Part shown: positions 38,416 to 50,269 of the stretch, piece by piece
How the letters are laid out: the number at the start of each line of letters is the position of its first letter
Position numbering within the stretch: position 1 is the first letter of the stretch
Source: Octopus vulgaris
Lineage: Eukaryota
Length of the DNA: 64,000 nucleotides
Direction: 5' to 3'
Assembly (NCBI GenBank): GCA_951406725.2
Contig: OX597837.1
Coordinates: forward strand, 38,936,001-39,000,000
Notes under the pieces: model-generated
The model's input: only the letters and a program-made list of their open reading frames with translations
What the model was told of the DNA's origin: nothing
Database searches by the model: none
Position numbers and translations under genes: made by a program

Positions 38416-39589
38416 TAAGTCGGCGAGCTGGCAGAAACGTTAGCACGCCAGGCGAAATGCTTAGCGGTATTTCGTCTGCCGTTACGTTGTGAGTTCAAAT
38501 TCCGCCGAGGTCGACTTTGCCTTTCATCCTTTTGGGGTCGATAAATTAAGTGCCAGTTACGCACTGGGGTCGATGTAATCAACTTAATACCTGTGTCTGT
38601 CCTTGTTTGTCCCCTCTGTGTTTAACCCCTTGTGGGTAATGAAGAAATAGGTCCGACCAGCATTGGTGGTTAATTTGACATAGAAAACACATATATACAT
38701 GGTGTTTTGGGCTAAATTTTGATGATATTGCCTTCTTTTTCTCAGGAATATCTCGATGTATTGGTAAACGGTCATCATCATCATCATTGTTTAACGTCCG
38801 TTTTCCATACTGGCATGAGTTGGACGGTTCAAATTGGGTCTGGGTCGCCGGAAGGCTGCACCAGGCCCAGTGTGATATGGCAGTGTTTCTACAGCTGGAT
38901 GCCCTTCCTAACACCAACCACTTCGTGAGTGTAGTGGGTGCTTTTTACATGCCACTGGCACAAGTGCAAGACAAGGCTGGCAAATGGCCACGATCGAATG
39001 GTGCTTTTTATGTGCCACTGGCACGGAGGCCAGTTGGGGCGGTGCTGGCAAAGGCCACGTTTGGATGGTTCTCTTATGTACCACCGGCACTGGTATCACA
39101 GCTGCAATTTCCATTGATGTTGATCGATTTTGATTTTGATTTTCACTTGCCTCAACTGGTCTTCACAAGTAGAGTTTTGTGTCCCAAGAAGGAAAGCTAT
39201 GCATAAGTAGACTGGCTACATCCCATGTAGAGGCCACAGGTTATGGTCTCACTTGTCCTGTCGGGTCTTCTCAGGCACAGCATACTTACAAAGGTCTTGG
39301 TCTCTAGTCATTTCTTTTGTGAGACCTAAAGTTTGAAAGTCGTGCTTCACCACCTCGTCCGAGGTTTTCCTGGGTCTACCTCTTCCACAGGTTCCTTCAA
39401 CTGCTAGGGTGTGGCACTTTTTCTCACAAATTTGTAGTTGAGAAAATGTTGGCTGACATGGAGGATGGGAAACCATCTGAATTTTGGAGATGAGTAACCA
39501 GCATCATCATGGTACAAGCTAGGTGTCAAAATATCAACACCATGATTGCTGTCCAATGCTCTGTGAACATTGTAAAGGTGTAAGATGCT

Positions 39590-39915
39590 GAACCAATTCT
39601 ACTATATGGCTCAGAAACCTGGACGTTATCAAAAAAGCTTGAGAGGCAGTTGGATGGAACCTACACTTGCCTCCTTATGAGAGCTCAAAATCTCTCGTGG
39701 AAGCGTCATCCAACCAAAATGCAAATATATGGGAAACTACCACCTGTGTCATCTCTTGTGAAAAGTAGGAGAGTCCAGTTTGCTGGACATTGTTATAGAG
39801 CTGAAAACGAGGCAATTTCTACTCTTCTCCTCTGGAAGCCATCTACTTGCGATACCAGAGGGCACACACTCTCCTACCCTGATGTAATCTCCAGGGATAC
39901 AGGCATCCAGCAACA
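39590..39915 (+). mobile_element. LINE C-terminal fragment (RTE-like)
   Basis: ILLYGSETW...LDGTYT...RRVQFAGHCYR. Confidence 0.75.
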
Positions 39916-40110
39916 GAAAAATCGTTTTTCTTTGGAATAGAAAAAAAGTCTATCTTTATTTCTTCTTTTGCTGGTGTATCAAATTTAAGTTAAATCAGTG
40001 TTTCTCAAAGAGGAGGCGTATGGGACGGTCGAACAAGTTGTTTTGAGATTATTTGGTTTAAATGTTTGACAACTCAGCACCGTCCATTGGACGGGGGGGG
40101 GGGCGTTTTG

Positions 40111-40151
<41 letters not shown>

Positions 40152-40329
40152 TCTTTTACTGGTTTCAGTCATGCTGCAGCATCACCTTTAGTCGAGCAAC
40201 TCGACCCCAGGACTTATTCTTTATAAGCCCAGTACTTATTCTATCGGTCTCTTTTGCCGAACCGCTAAGTGACGGGGAAATAAACACACCAGCATCGGTT
40301 GTCAAGCAATGCTAGAGGGACAAACACAG

Positions 40330-40364
<35 letters not shown>

Positions 40365-40982
40365 CAAATATACGACGGGCTTCTTTCAGTTTCCGTCTAT
40401 GAAATCCACTCACAAGGCTTTTGTCGGCCCGAGGCTATAGTAGAAGACACTTGCCCAAGGTGCCACGCAGTGGGACTGAACCCAGAACCATGTGGTTGGT
40501 AAGCAAGCTACTTACCACACAGCCACTCCAAGACAATAATTCTTTGAATCAAAGAAGCCAACTCTTGAATTCGTGCAGACACGCAGCTAAATTTAAAATG
40601 TCTACTAGCAATATCCTATATGGTTCGCTTATATTTTTGATTCTTGGACTAGTTTCTAATCACACTGTTGGATTTGTTTCGCATTATGCACGATTGATTC
40701 CGCATCGCAAAGTTTTGGTATATATCTCGATATATTTCTTAAGAAGAACCTTCGACTGTTACATACTAATATTATTTTCCTGTTTAGGAATCTGATTTTA
40801 TTTTATTTCATTTTATTGTATTTTATAAAACCACTTTAATCTTTTAATTTATAGATAATTCGATTTTGGGTGTTATATTTTGCATGTCTTTTATCTAAAT
40901 TTTATTAGTATGTACTCAGCAATTTTTAAAAATAATGTTGTTTGTATATACGTCAGATCCTAGACATGGTTTTATGTGAATA

Positions 40983-41376
40983 CTAGCAGTATCGCCCGGC
41001 GTTGCTCGGGTTTGTTTCAACCCTTTAGAATTGATATTTTTGAAAAGTAAAAATGTTGCATTATGTAGCTTGTTATTCTCTTTAAGTGAACATGTTACTG
41101 GTTGAAATACACCGAAAAATGGCGACACACCAGTCAAAAAATCGTAAAAAATAGGGATTTTCACAGAAAAAAAGCACCTTTTTGATGTAAATAATTTTTG
41201 GTTGTTAACATGGTCCGATTTGAATTTTTTCTTCTACGGAAGGAAGAACAAGCCTTCTTCTATCATACTCTCAATTTTGGTCAACATGCGCCACAGGGTC
41301 TCGGAGGAGATAGTGTTTAGTTGAAGGCTACCAAACCTGCCAGACACAGACAACTTCAGCTTTATATATAGAGAGA
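40983..41376 (-). mobile_element. Non-autonomous Helitron
   Basis: Minus strand: A|TCTCTCTATATATAAAGC...CCCGAGCAACGCCGGG hairpin...CTAG|T. Confidence 0.85.
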
Positions 41377-42594
41377 TTTGCATTGGCCTGCATATGTATT
41401 CGTATGCACGCGTGTATGTATATGTGTAAGTGAGCGTGCATATTTATACTTATGCACATACATACATGGATGTATATGTATGCATGTATTCACTTGAATT
41501 TGTGTGGATGTGTATTTAAGTACTTATCTCAATATATTTATATATGTGTTCTTATACGTGTATTTACTGCTAATATACACTTTTATATATACATGTATAC
41601 GTAATTATATTTTGTGAACGTTCGTTACGCATGGTCAGGCTGTTTTCTTTCTTCCTTTCTTTTGTTATCTTTTCTCTCCCTTTTCGTTACATGTATAGGG
41701 TCCTGTAACTTCACGCCCTTCTCCCCTTCTTTTACTCACGTCTTTGGCTATCTGATGCTTTACTTTTTCTTTTTCTTCCCCCCTCTCTACGTTTTACTTC
41801 TAGTCTATATGTATACATTTCTTTACTGCCCACAAGGGGCTAAACATAGAGGGGACAAACAAGGACAGACAAAGGGATTAAGTCGATTACATCGATCACA
41901 GGGCGAAACTGGTACTTTATTTATCGACCCCGAAAGGATGAAAGGCAAAGTCGACCTCTGCGGAATTTGAACTCAGAACGTAGCGACAGACGAAATATCT
42001 ATTTCTTTACTACCCACAAGGGAAACTGGTACTTATTTATCGACCCCGAAAGGATGAAAGGCAAAGTTGACCTCGTCGGAATTTGAACTCAGAACGTAAC
42101 GGCAGACGAATTACCGCAAAGCATTTCGCCCGGCGTGCTAACGTTTCTGCCAGCTCGCCGCCGTATACACCAAGTGATTATTGCATGCGTGCAAGATTGC
42201 GTATATATATGTATTTGTGTGTATATTTACGTTTTGCATTTGTATGTCTGCATATGTATGTGGTCTGTGTACATCTATCTGTGTATTTTGATGTATATAT
42301 GTATATTGATGGTTTAGTATGAGTATATACTGTTGTGAAATATTTTAATTTTTATGTATTAATTGTATTAATCGAATTATATTTCTATATAATTAATTAC
42401 AATATGTATTTTGAATCCGCTCTACGATTTAAGGTTTTTCCTTGATTTTCTTTATAATGTATACTGAATTCATTTATTTTTGTCGCATGCTTAAGACTGT
42501 TATTTGATAAGACCAATGAAACAAATCCATTTTTAAAGGTGTGTACTTTAACTAGTTTTGATCAAATTATTATTTCGGTTTTATTTTAACAAAA

Positions 42595-42632
42595 CTGTCC
42601 GACGAACGGGAACGTGAAACTCCGAGTAACAG
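42595..42632 (+). ncRNA. Minimal type I hammerhead-like motif (U4C variant) in a probable Penelope pLTR remnant
   Basis: CTGT-CCGACGA-ACG(GGAA)CGT-GAAA-CTCCGA-GTA-ACAG; the downstream ~120 bp matches 55035-55154 in reverse. Confidence 0.62.
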
Positions 42633-45600
42633 CTTCTGTTGAATTTCTGCTGCTTTTAAATAAAGCATATTACTCTACCTCTGGTATTTGAGTACTCTCT
42701 TTTCCACCTTGTTTCACATTTATGTGCTTACTCCGGTGTATATATATATATATCATCATCATATATATATATATAGGCGCAGGAGTGGCTGTGTGGTAAG
42801 TAGCTTACTAACCAACCACATGGTTCCGGGTTCAGTCCCACTGCGTGACATCAAGGACATGTGTAGACTTGAAAGAAATGAAGCTAGCATGATCCGCTGG
42901 ATGTGTAATGTCAGTGTGCACACACAACAGAGTGCCCTGAGAGAAATGCTGGACATAAGAAGCATCGGATGTGGCGTGCAAGAGAGACGTCTGCGCTGGT
43001 ATGGTCATGTACTGCGGATTGATGAGGAGAGATGTGTGAAGTGCCACTCCCAAACAGTTGAATGTATGCGGGGTAGAAGTAGACCCAGGAAGACATGGGA
43101 TGAGGTGGTCAAGCATGACCTTCGAACGTTTGGCCTCACAGAGGCAATGACGAAAGACTGAGACCTCTGGAGATACGCTGTGACTGAGAAGACCCAACAA
43201 ATCACGTGAGTTCATGGCTGTTTCTGCACCAGCTTCACATAGAGGCCCTAGCCCATCCAAAGTACCTTGGATCGCAGGGCGGCCTGCTGTGCTTACCTTG
43301 GATCGTAGGGCAACCTGCTGTGTTTGAGGAGACCTATTGAGTCAAGTACAGCAACAAAAATAAATATCAAATGGAAATAGTAGTTGTGATACCTGTGCCA
43401 GTGATACATAAAAAGCACCAACCGATCGTGGCCGTTGCCAGCCTCTCCTGGCACTTCTGCCAGTGACATGTAAAAAGCACCCACTACACTCTCGGAGTGG
43501 TTGGCGTTAGGAAGGGCATCCAGCTGTAGAAAAACTGCCAGATCAGACTGGAGCCTGGTGCAGCCTCCTGGCTTCCCAGACCCTGGCTGAACCGTCCAAT
43601 CCATGCTAGCATGGAAGACAGATGCTAAACGATGATGATGATTATATATATATATATCATCATCATCATCATCATCGTTTAATGTCCGTTCTCCATGCTA
43701 GCATGGGTTGGACGGTTCGACCGGGGATCTGGGAAGCCAGAAGGCTGCACCAGGCTCCAGTCTGATCTGGCAGTGTTTCTACAGCTGGATGCCCTTCCTA
43801 ACGCCAACCACTCCGTGAGTGTAGTGGGTGCTTTTACGTGCCACCTGCACAGGTGCCAGGCGAGGCTGGCAGCGGCCACGGTCGGATTGGTGTATTTTAT
43901 GTGCCACCGGCACGGGAGCCAGACGAGGCGGTGCTGGCATCGGCCACGAGTCGGATGGTGCTTTTTACGTACCACCAGACCAGGGATCCTGGCTGGTTCA
44001 ATTCGATTTCGATTTCGCTTGCCCCAACATGTCTTCGCAAGCAAGGTGGTTGGCATTGGTGCCTGTTGTACGGTCAGATTGGTGTCTTCGCAAGCAAGGG
44101 GGATATATATATATATAAAGATAGAGAGAGAGAGAAAGGAAGTAATAACAAGTGAATGAGAATAATGATGGAAGGGTTAAAAAAGTGTAAAAATAAAGAT
44201 AAAATTAAATAAAACTGAAGCCAAAACATTAAAAATTATTGAAAGTGGGTAGAAATAAACACTACGTAGTGTAGTAATTCTACACTAGGGTGTCTGTAGA
44301 AAGTTGATTTTGATTTCGGAATATAAAGAGGAAAAATTCGGATCTTGAGAATTTTCCAAAAGTCCTCTCCCCACCTCAAGATTTTCCCCACAGATTACTT
44401 TATAGTCATAATGCATGCTGTTTGGAAGGTATTTAAACAAAATTTCAATAAAAAAATATTAATTTTCCTAACAGTTACAGGGGGAAAACTTGAATCTTGT
44501 GAATTTTCCAAAGCCCTCTTCCCACCACCTTGGAAAAGATTTTCCCCACAAATTTCTTTATAATGGTGATGTATGCCGTTTGAATGGTATTTCTATAAAA
44601 TTTCATTGAAAAATCCCATTTTCCTAAAAGTTATGAGGGAAAAACTCAGATCTTGTGAATTTTCTGAGGTCCTCTCCCAAAATGCTTTGCGCACATTTTT
44701 TTTTCTTTTTCAAATTCATTTCCGACACATTGTTTTACATGCTTTGTACTATTTTTTTCTGATTTTCGATTCTGGGTCAAGTTGTAAACATTAACCCCTT
44801 TGGTCATGTTGTAAATGTTAACCCCTCCACCCACACGGTTTTCACTAATAAGGAAAAAAACTCGAATTTTTTTTTGCATGGAATCAAGTACCTGACCTTC
44901 TAGTGTGTGGCAAACCCCTTATTTTTGTTCAGAAACAAAAGTGTGTCTGTGTGTGCCCCCACTGCATCCCAGAATCATTGGAAAATTTTTTTTTCGGGGA
45001 ATGAATTATGGTGGCCTCCTAACATGCTACAAAACCGATTTTTTGTTCCGGAAAACAAGTTGAAGTGGAACCCTTGGAAATTTCACCCCCCCTTCTCCCC
45101 GCTCCTAACATTTTATAGAAATACGTTTTCCAGAAATACATGGATCATTATTAAATATATAAAGATTGTGAATTAATATGCTAACATTTACATTGTGTAT
45201 TTGATGCTGAAAATAATTTTTCTGAAGTCTTAGTGTATGCATATATATATTCTGTAAATAATAACAATTGTATTTTACAAGCAATCAAGGAAAATAGTTT
45301 AATAATGGGGCATATAAACCCTTGACAGAGAAAAAGTAGGTTTTTCCATACTCGTGGGACTTTAACCGCACCTCTTTGTTTTCGCAACAAGTATGCTACC
45401 ATTACACTAGCACACAACCTGCTTCATTCCATCAGATTTTATCATCATCATCATCATTTAGCGTCCACTTTCCATGCCAGCATGGGTTGGATGGTTCAAC
45501 TGGGGTCTGGGAAGCCAGAAGGCTGCACCAGGTCCAGTCTGATCTGGCAATGTTTCTACAGCTGGATGCCCTTCCTAATGCCAACCACTCCATGAGTGTA

Positions 45601-46558
45601 GTGGCTGCTTTTTACGTGCCACCAGCACAGGTGCCAGACAGGGCTGGCAAACGGCCATGATCGGATGGTGCTTTTTATGTGCCACCGGCACGGAGGCCAG
45701 ACGAGGCTGGCAATGGCCACGATCAGATGGTGCTCTTTATGTACTACCGGAACGGAGGCCAGTCGGGGCGGCGCTAGCAACGGCCACGTTTGGAAAGAAC
45801 TATAATTATTTTGTAGTGTTGTTTTTGTAAACAAACTTTCATGTGCTTTTACTGCAATGGTTTTTGTTAAGCAGCATTGATTTTTACAGTTCTGTGAGTA
45901 ATAATAATAATAATAATAGTGTTTTATAAGCTTAAAGCTTATAAGCGATCTCCGCTCAATGACTAAAGAAAATGGCCCAATAATAGAGCATATAAGCCCT
46001 CGATAGAAAAATGTAGGTTTTCCTGTATGCATGGGACTCGAGCCCACACCTCTTTGCTTTTGCGTTGCCTACCCTCCCCTTTTTTGAGAACAAAAATAAG
46101 GGATTTGCCGCACAATAGGTGGTCAGAGTACTTGTTTTTGCGGTTGTAAGGTGGTGTAGAAAACATTGGTTTTATGTGAATTGAAAAAATATTCCCACTT
46201 TCTCTTACATATCCAACTTTCTATTGGTATTAGAAGAACTTTTGCACAGCTTCCTGTAATCAACTGTTTTGCACACCTGTAATCAACTGTTTTGCTTATT
46301 TCTAACTTTTTTGACATTTTTATTGTTTCTTTGTTTGGACTTTTTTCCCTAATTATTTTTAACTTTGATTTTCGAGATGGATTAGATAATTGCAAATATG
46401 GTCTGTAAACATAACTTATTTATCTGTACGTTTTCATAAATGCGATCACCCCTACAAATAACTGCACACAGTTCTTGGGGGCTTGACAATTATGGCTGAA
46501 GTCCGCCACAATTTTATCTTTTGAAATTAAGAAAGATATGTAAAAATAACTTCTTTTG

Positions 46559-46589
<31 letters not shown>

Positions 46590-46786
46590 TCTAGGTAAAA
46601 CTTCTGTATGTATTATAAAATTACAGCTCAACTTCAATTAAATTGACCTTTTTTTATTTTGTAATTCATATTTGTGATGTTTTTATTTTCACTCCCCACC
46701 CACCACCATCATCATAATATTTATTTTTATTTTCTATTTTTCAATCTTACCAAACTTTACAAAGATTCATCCTGATCAGTGAAAAA

Positions 46787-47483
46787 ATGTCAGATCAACC
46801 AAAGGAAATTCGAGGCAGTCAACTGACAAAACAGAACCTGCGAAAACCCAAATCTGATCCATTGTCAGACTATAAAGTGCTGTTTGAGGAAAGCTGTAAG
46901 TACTTGCCCAATAAGAATATTTCTCAGTTGGCATCAGTTGTTGATGAATCGGCAGACAGCGATTCTGAAAAGATGATGAGTGAAGAACATAAGAGAGTGG
47001 AGCTGCAGAGTGAAGAAGGAGAGATATACAATGCTGGATCAAAGAATATTCTAATCAACCAGTCAAGGGAAGATAATCCTTTAATAAGCAAATATGATCA
47101 ATTGCCGAGCACATCGGCCAATGTAGAGCCGTCTAAATTCTTTCAGTTGGCATCACTTGTTGATGAATCGACAGACAGCAAGGACAGCGATTCTGTGAAG
47201 ATGATAAGTGAAGAACATAAGAAATTGCTGAAGGACAACCGTGTGGAGTTAGTGCAGAATATGATCGCGAATGACGTATTGGATCATTTGTTGCAGAAGG
47301 ATGTATTAACAATGTCTGAAAAGGACCGAATCAAAGCTGAAGGAGCATCTATGAATAAAAAACTCATTGATACAATCATGTGCAAACAAGATAAGGCTTT
47401 CTTTGTGTTTGTAGATGCCCTGAAGAAAACTTGTCAACCTCATTTGGCCGATTTGCTGTCAACTGCAAAAAAGCGAAAACCAG
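46787..47483 (+). CDS. CARD-domain protein exon (paralog B)
   Basis: MISEEHKKLLKDNRVELVQNMIANDVLDHLLQKDVLT...DKAFFVFVDALKKTCQPHLADLL; same KRKP-G|GTAATTTC phase-1 donor as gene A. Confidence 0.9.
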
Positions 47484-47515
47484 GTAATTTCTTTATACAC
47501 AAATACACCCACCTA

Positions 47516-47601
<86 letters not shown>

Positions 47602-48457
47602 TACCCACTCTCTCGCACGTATGCATGTGAATAGGTATGGCTCTGTGGTAAAGAAGTTCATTTTCCAGTCGGATTGTTTCCGGTTCAGTCCTACTGTATG
47701 GCACTTTGGACAAGTGTTTTCCAAATTCTTGTGAGTGTATTTGGTACAAGGAAACTGCAAACCAACCTGTTGTATATATGTGCCTATATGTATATATACA
47801 CACAATTTGCTGTCACCTGCAAAGAAGCGAAAACAAGGTAATTTCTTCACACACATACACCCACCCACTCTCTCGCACACCTGTGAATAGGTAGTTTCTT
47901 GTTATTATAAAACCTGCTTAACCATATTAGGCAGACTTTATAATGACAAGAAATGTTTAGCGGCTCTCAATTTAATATTTTGTACATTAAATAATATTTA
48001 TCTTCCAGCAAATGGAGGACATTTTTTGTTGATCGGAACACTAAACTCTGTGTGTGTGTATTATGTATGTATATATGTATATATACACATACACAGACAT
48101 GTATATATTAACATATACATATATAAATACAAGCAATAAGTTTCTTCTGTGGTTTTCCAAATCCACCCACAAGGCTTTGTTTGGGCCATGGCTATAATAG
48201 AAATCACACAGCTAAGGTGTTGCACAGTGGGACTGAACCTAACATCACATTCTTGGAAAGCAAACTACTTACCACACAGCCACATCTGTAACCATACATA
48301 CATATATGCATACACACACACCCCTACCTACATACATACATACATAGGTACTGTAAACTTAGAGTGAATACTTGATAAGTGTAAGCACCTGTATATGCCA
48401 GATAGTGGCAGAGGTGAGAGAGAATATATTGTTACGACACACAGGGTGGGATCACCT

Positions 48458-48950
48458 CGATTTTGATTCGTCAAAAAATTGATGACGTTTTACCTCAGTG
48501 GTCAAGCTTGTCGCCCTGCTTGGTCGGTTTCCTCACAAGATACAGTTATGGGTCAGACCCGATTTTGATTTGTCAAAAAATTGATGACGTTTTTCTTCGT
48601 GGTCAAACTAGTCGTTCTGCTGGGCTAGCCACCTAACAAACAGTCATGGGTCAGATTTTGATTCGTCAAAAAATTGATGTTTTTCTTCCGTGGTCAAACT
48701 AGTCGTTCTGCTGGGCTAGCCACCTAACAGGATACAGTCATGGGTCAGATCTAATTTCGATTCGTAAAAAATTGATGACGTTTTTCTTCCGTGGTCAAAC
48801 TAGTCGTTCTGCTGGGCTAGCCACCTAACAGGATACAGTCATGGGTCAGATCTAATTTCGATTCGTAAAAAAATTGATGACGTTTTTCTTCCGTGGTCAA
48901 ACTTGTCGTTCTGCTTGGTTGGTTTCCTAACAGGATACAGTTAGGGGTCT
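48458..48950. repeat. ~100-bp tandem repeat, about 5 copies
   Basis: GATTCGT(C)AAAAAATTGATGACGTTTT...GTGGTCAAACTAGTCGTTCTGCT...GATACAGTCATGGGTCAGA repeated. Confidence 0.9.
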
Positions 48951-49486
48951 TTTCCCTATATTCGTTGAGGCTTGGTTTTGATTGGTTTGGAATTATATGA
49001 CGTCAGTGAACAGTGCCAGAGACCAGGACCACCACTACTGCTCTCACAGCCACAGCTTAGCTGATATAAATCCAACAATCACAAAATTTACCAAAATTAC
49101 GCCAGCAGACGCTGACCAAGAATCATTACTGTTGCTCCCATTGGAACACAAGGTAAAATCTATAATGAACTCCTCGCCTTTTCAAGAACATGGATTCTAT
49201 TGAATGTATATAGCATGGACTCTATTGAATGTATGTAACAATTATGAACTGTTCCATTATACTCTTTATTATAAAAATTTTTTTGATAAGGTTCGTTATT
49301 TCAAGAACTGAAACATGTAAAATTAAAATTTATCTAATATAGTGGCATTTTCAAACTTCTTTTTTACATATATATATATATATATATAAATATATATGTG
49401 TGTGTATATATATATATATATATATGTGTATATATATATATGTATATATATATATGTGTATGTATATTTATATATACACATATACA

Positions 49487-49522
<36 letters not shown>

Positions 49523-49893
49523 TGTATATAAGCACAGTTTCGTCTTCCATGTTGTATGTTTAGAGAAAAAAACTTAAGATCCCTTCACTCAATCCAACTC
49601 TCCCTCTTTCTCCCTTCTCCCTCTCTTTCACGCTCATTTATTATTAATATCATCATTATTATTATTATTATTATTATTATTGGTCATTTGTTAATTCATT
49701 TATCTAATTTTGTCACAGTTTGGCTGACCAAAAACTGTTGGTTTTAGCTCTAGTTAAGAATACAAATTCCCAATTCTATCTCATTATTATTATTACTATT
49801 CTTTCACACTGGCAGCCTGAGTTTTCACTGTTTTACGGTGTGTCCATCCTTCCCACCCCCACCACCTGTACCGCAAGTCTTTATCCTCTGACC

Positions 49894-50077
49894 CAGTGGT
49901 TTTCAACCAGGGTTCCTCCAGTACAGTCCAGGGGTTCCGCAAAAAGTTACAAAACTGCTAAAATCGACAGTAATTTTTAATTCTCCTGTGCAGATATGTG
50001 TGCATAAGACAATTAAATTATTGCGCAGGGAATGTTTCCTTGGGGTTCCGCTCCAGCAAAAAGTTTGAAAAGCACTG
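49894..50077. mobile_element. hAT (Charlie-type) MITE
   Basis: TIRs CAGTGGTTTTCAA / TTGAAAAGCACTG; 8-bp TSD CTCTGACC on both sides. Confidence 0.9.
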
Positions 50078-50269
50078 CTCTGACCCCTATCAGATGTCTT
50101 TTCCCTGATCACCTCCAAAAGCTTAATACTTCCCAATCCCTACTTAGGGTTTATCTCTTATGCAATGTAGTGATTAAATTAGTGTATAAAATGATGGTGT
50201 AGTGTGCGCAGGTTGAGGGCTATTGTATGTTTATGAGTTCTGCCAAATGCGATCTTTCTTTTCAGGTAC

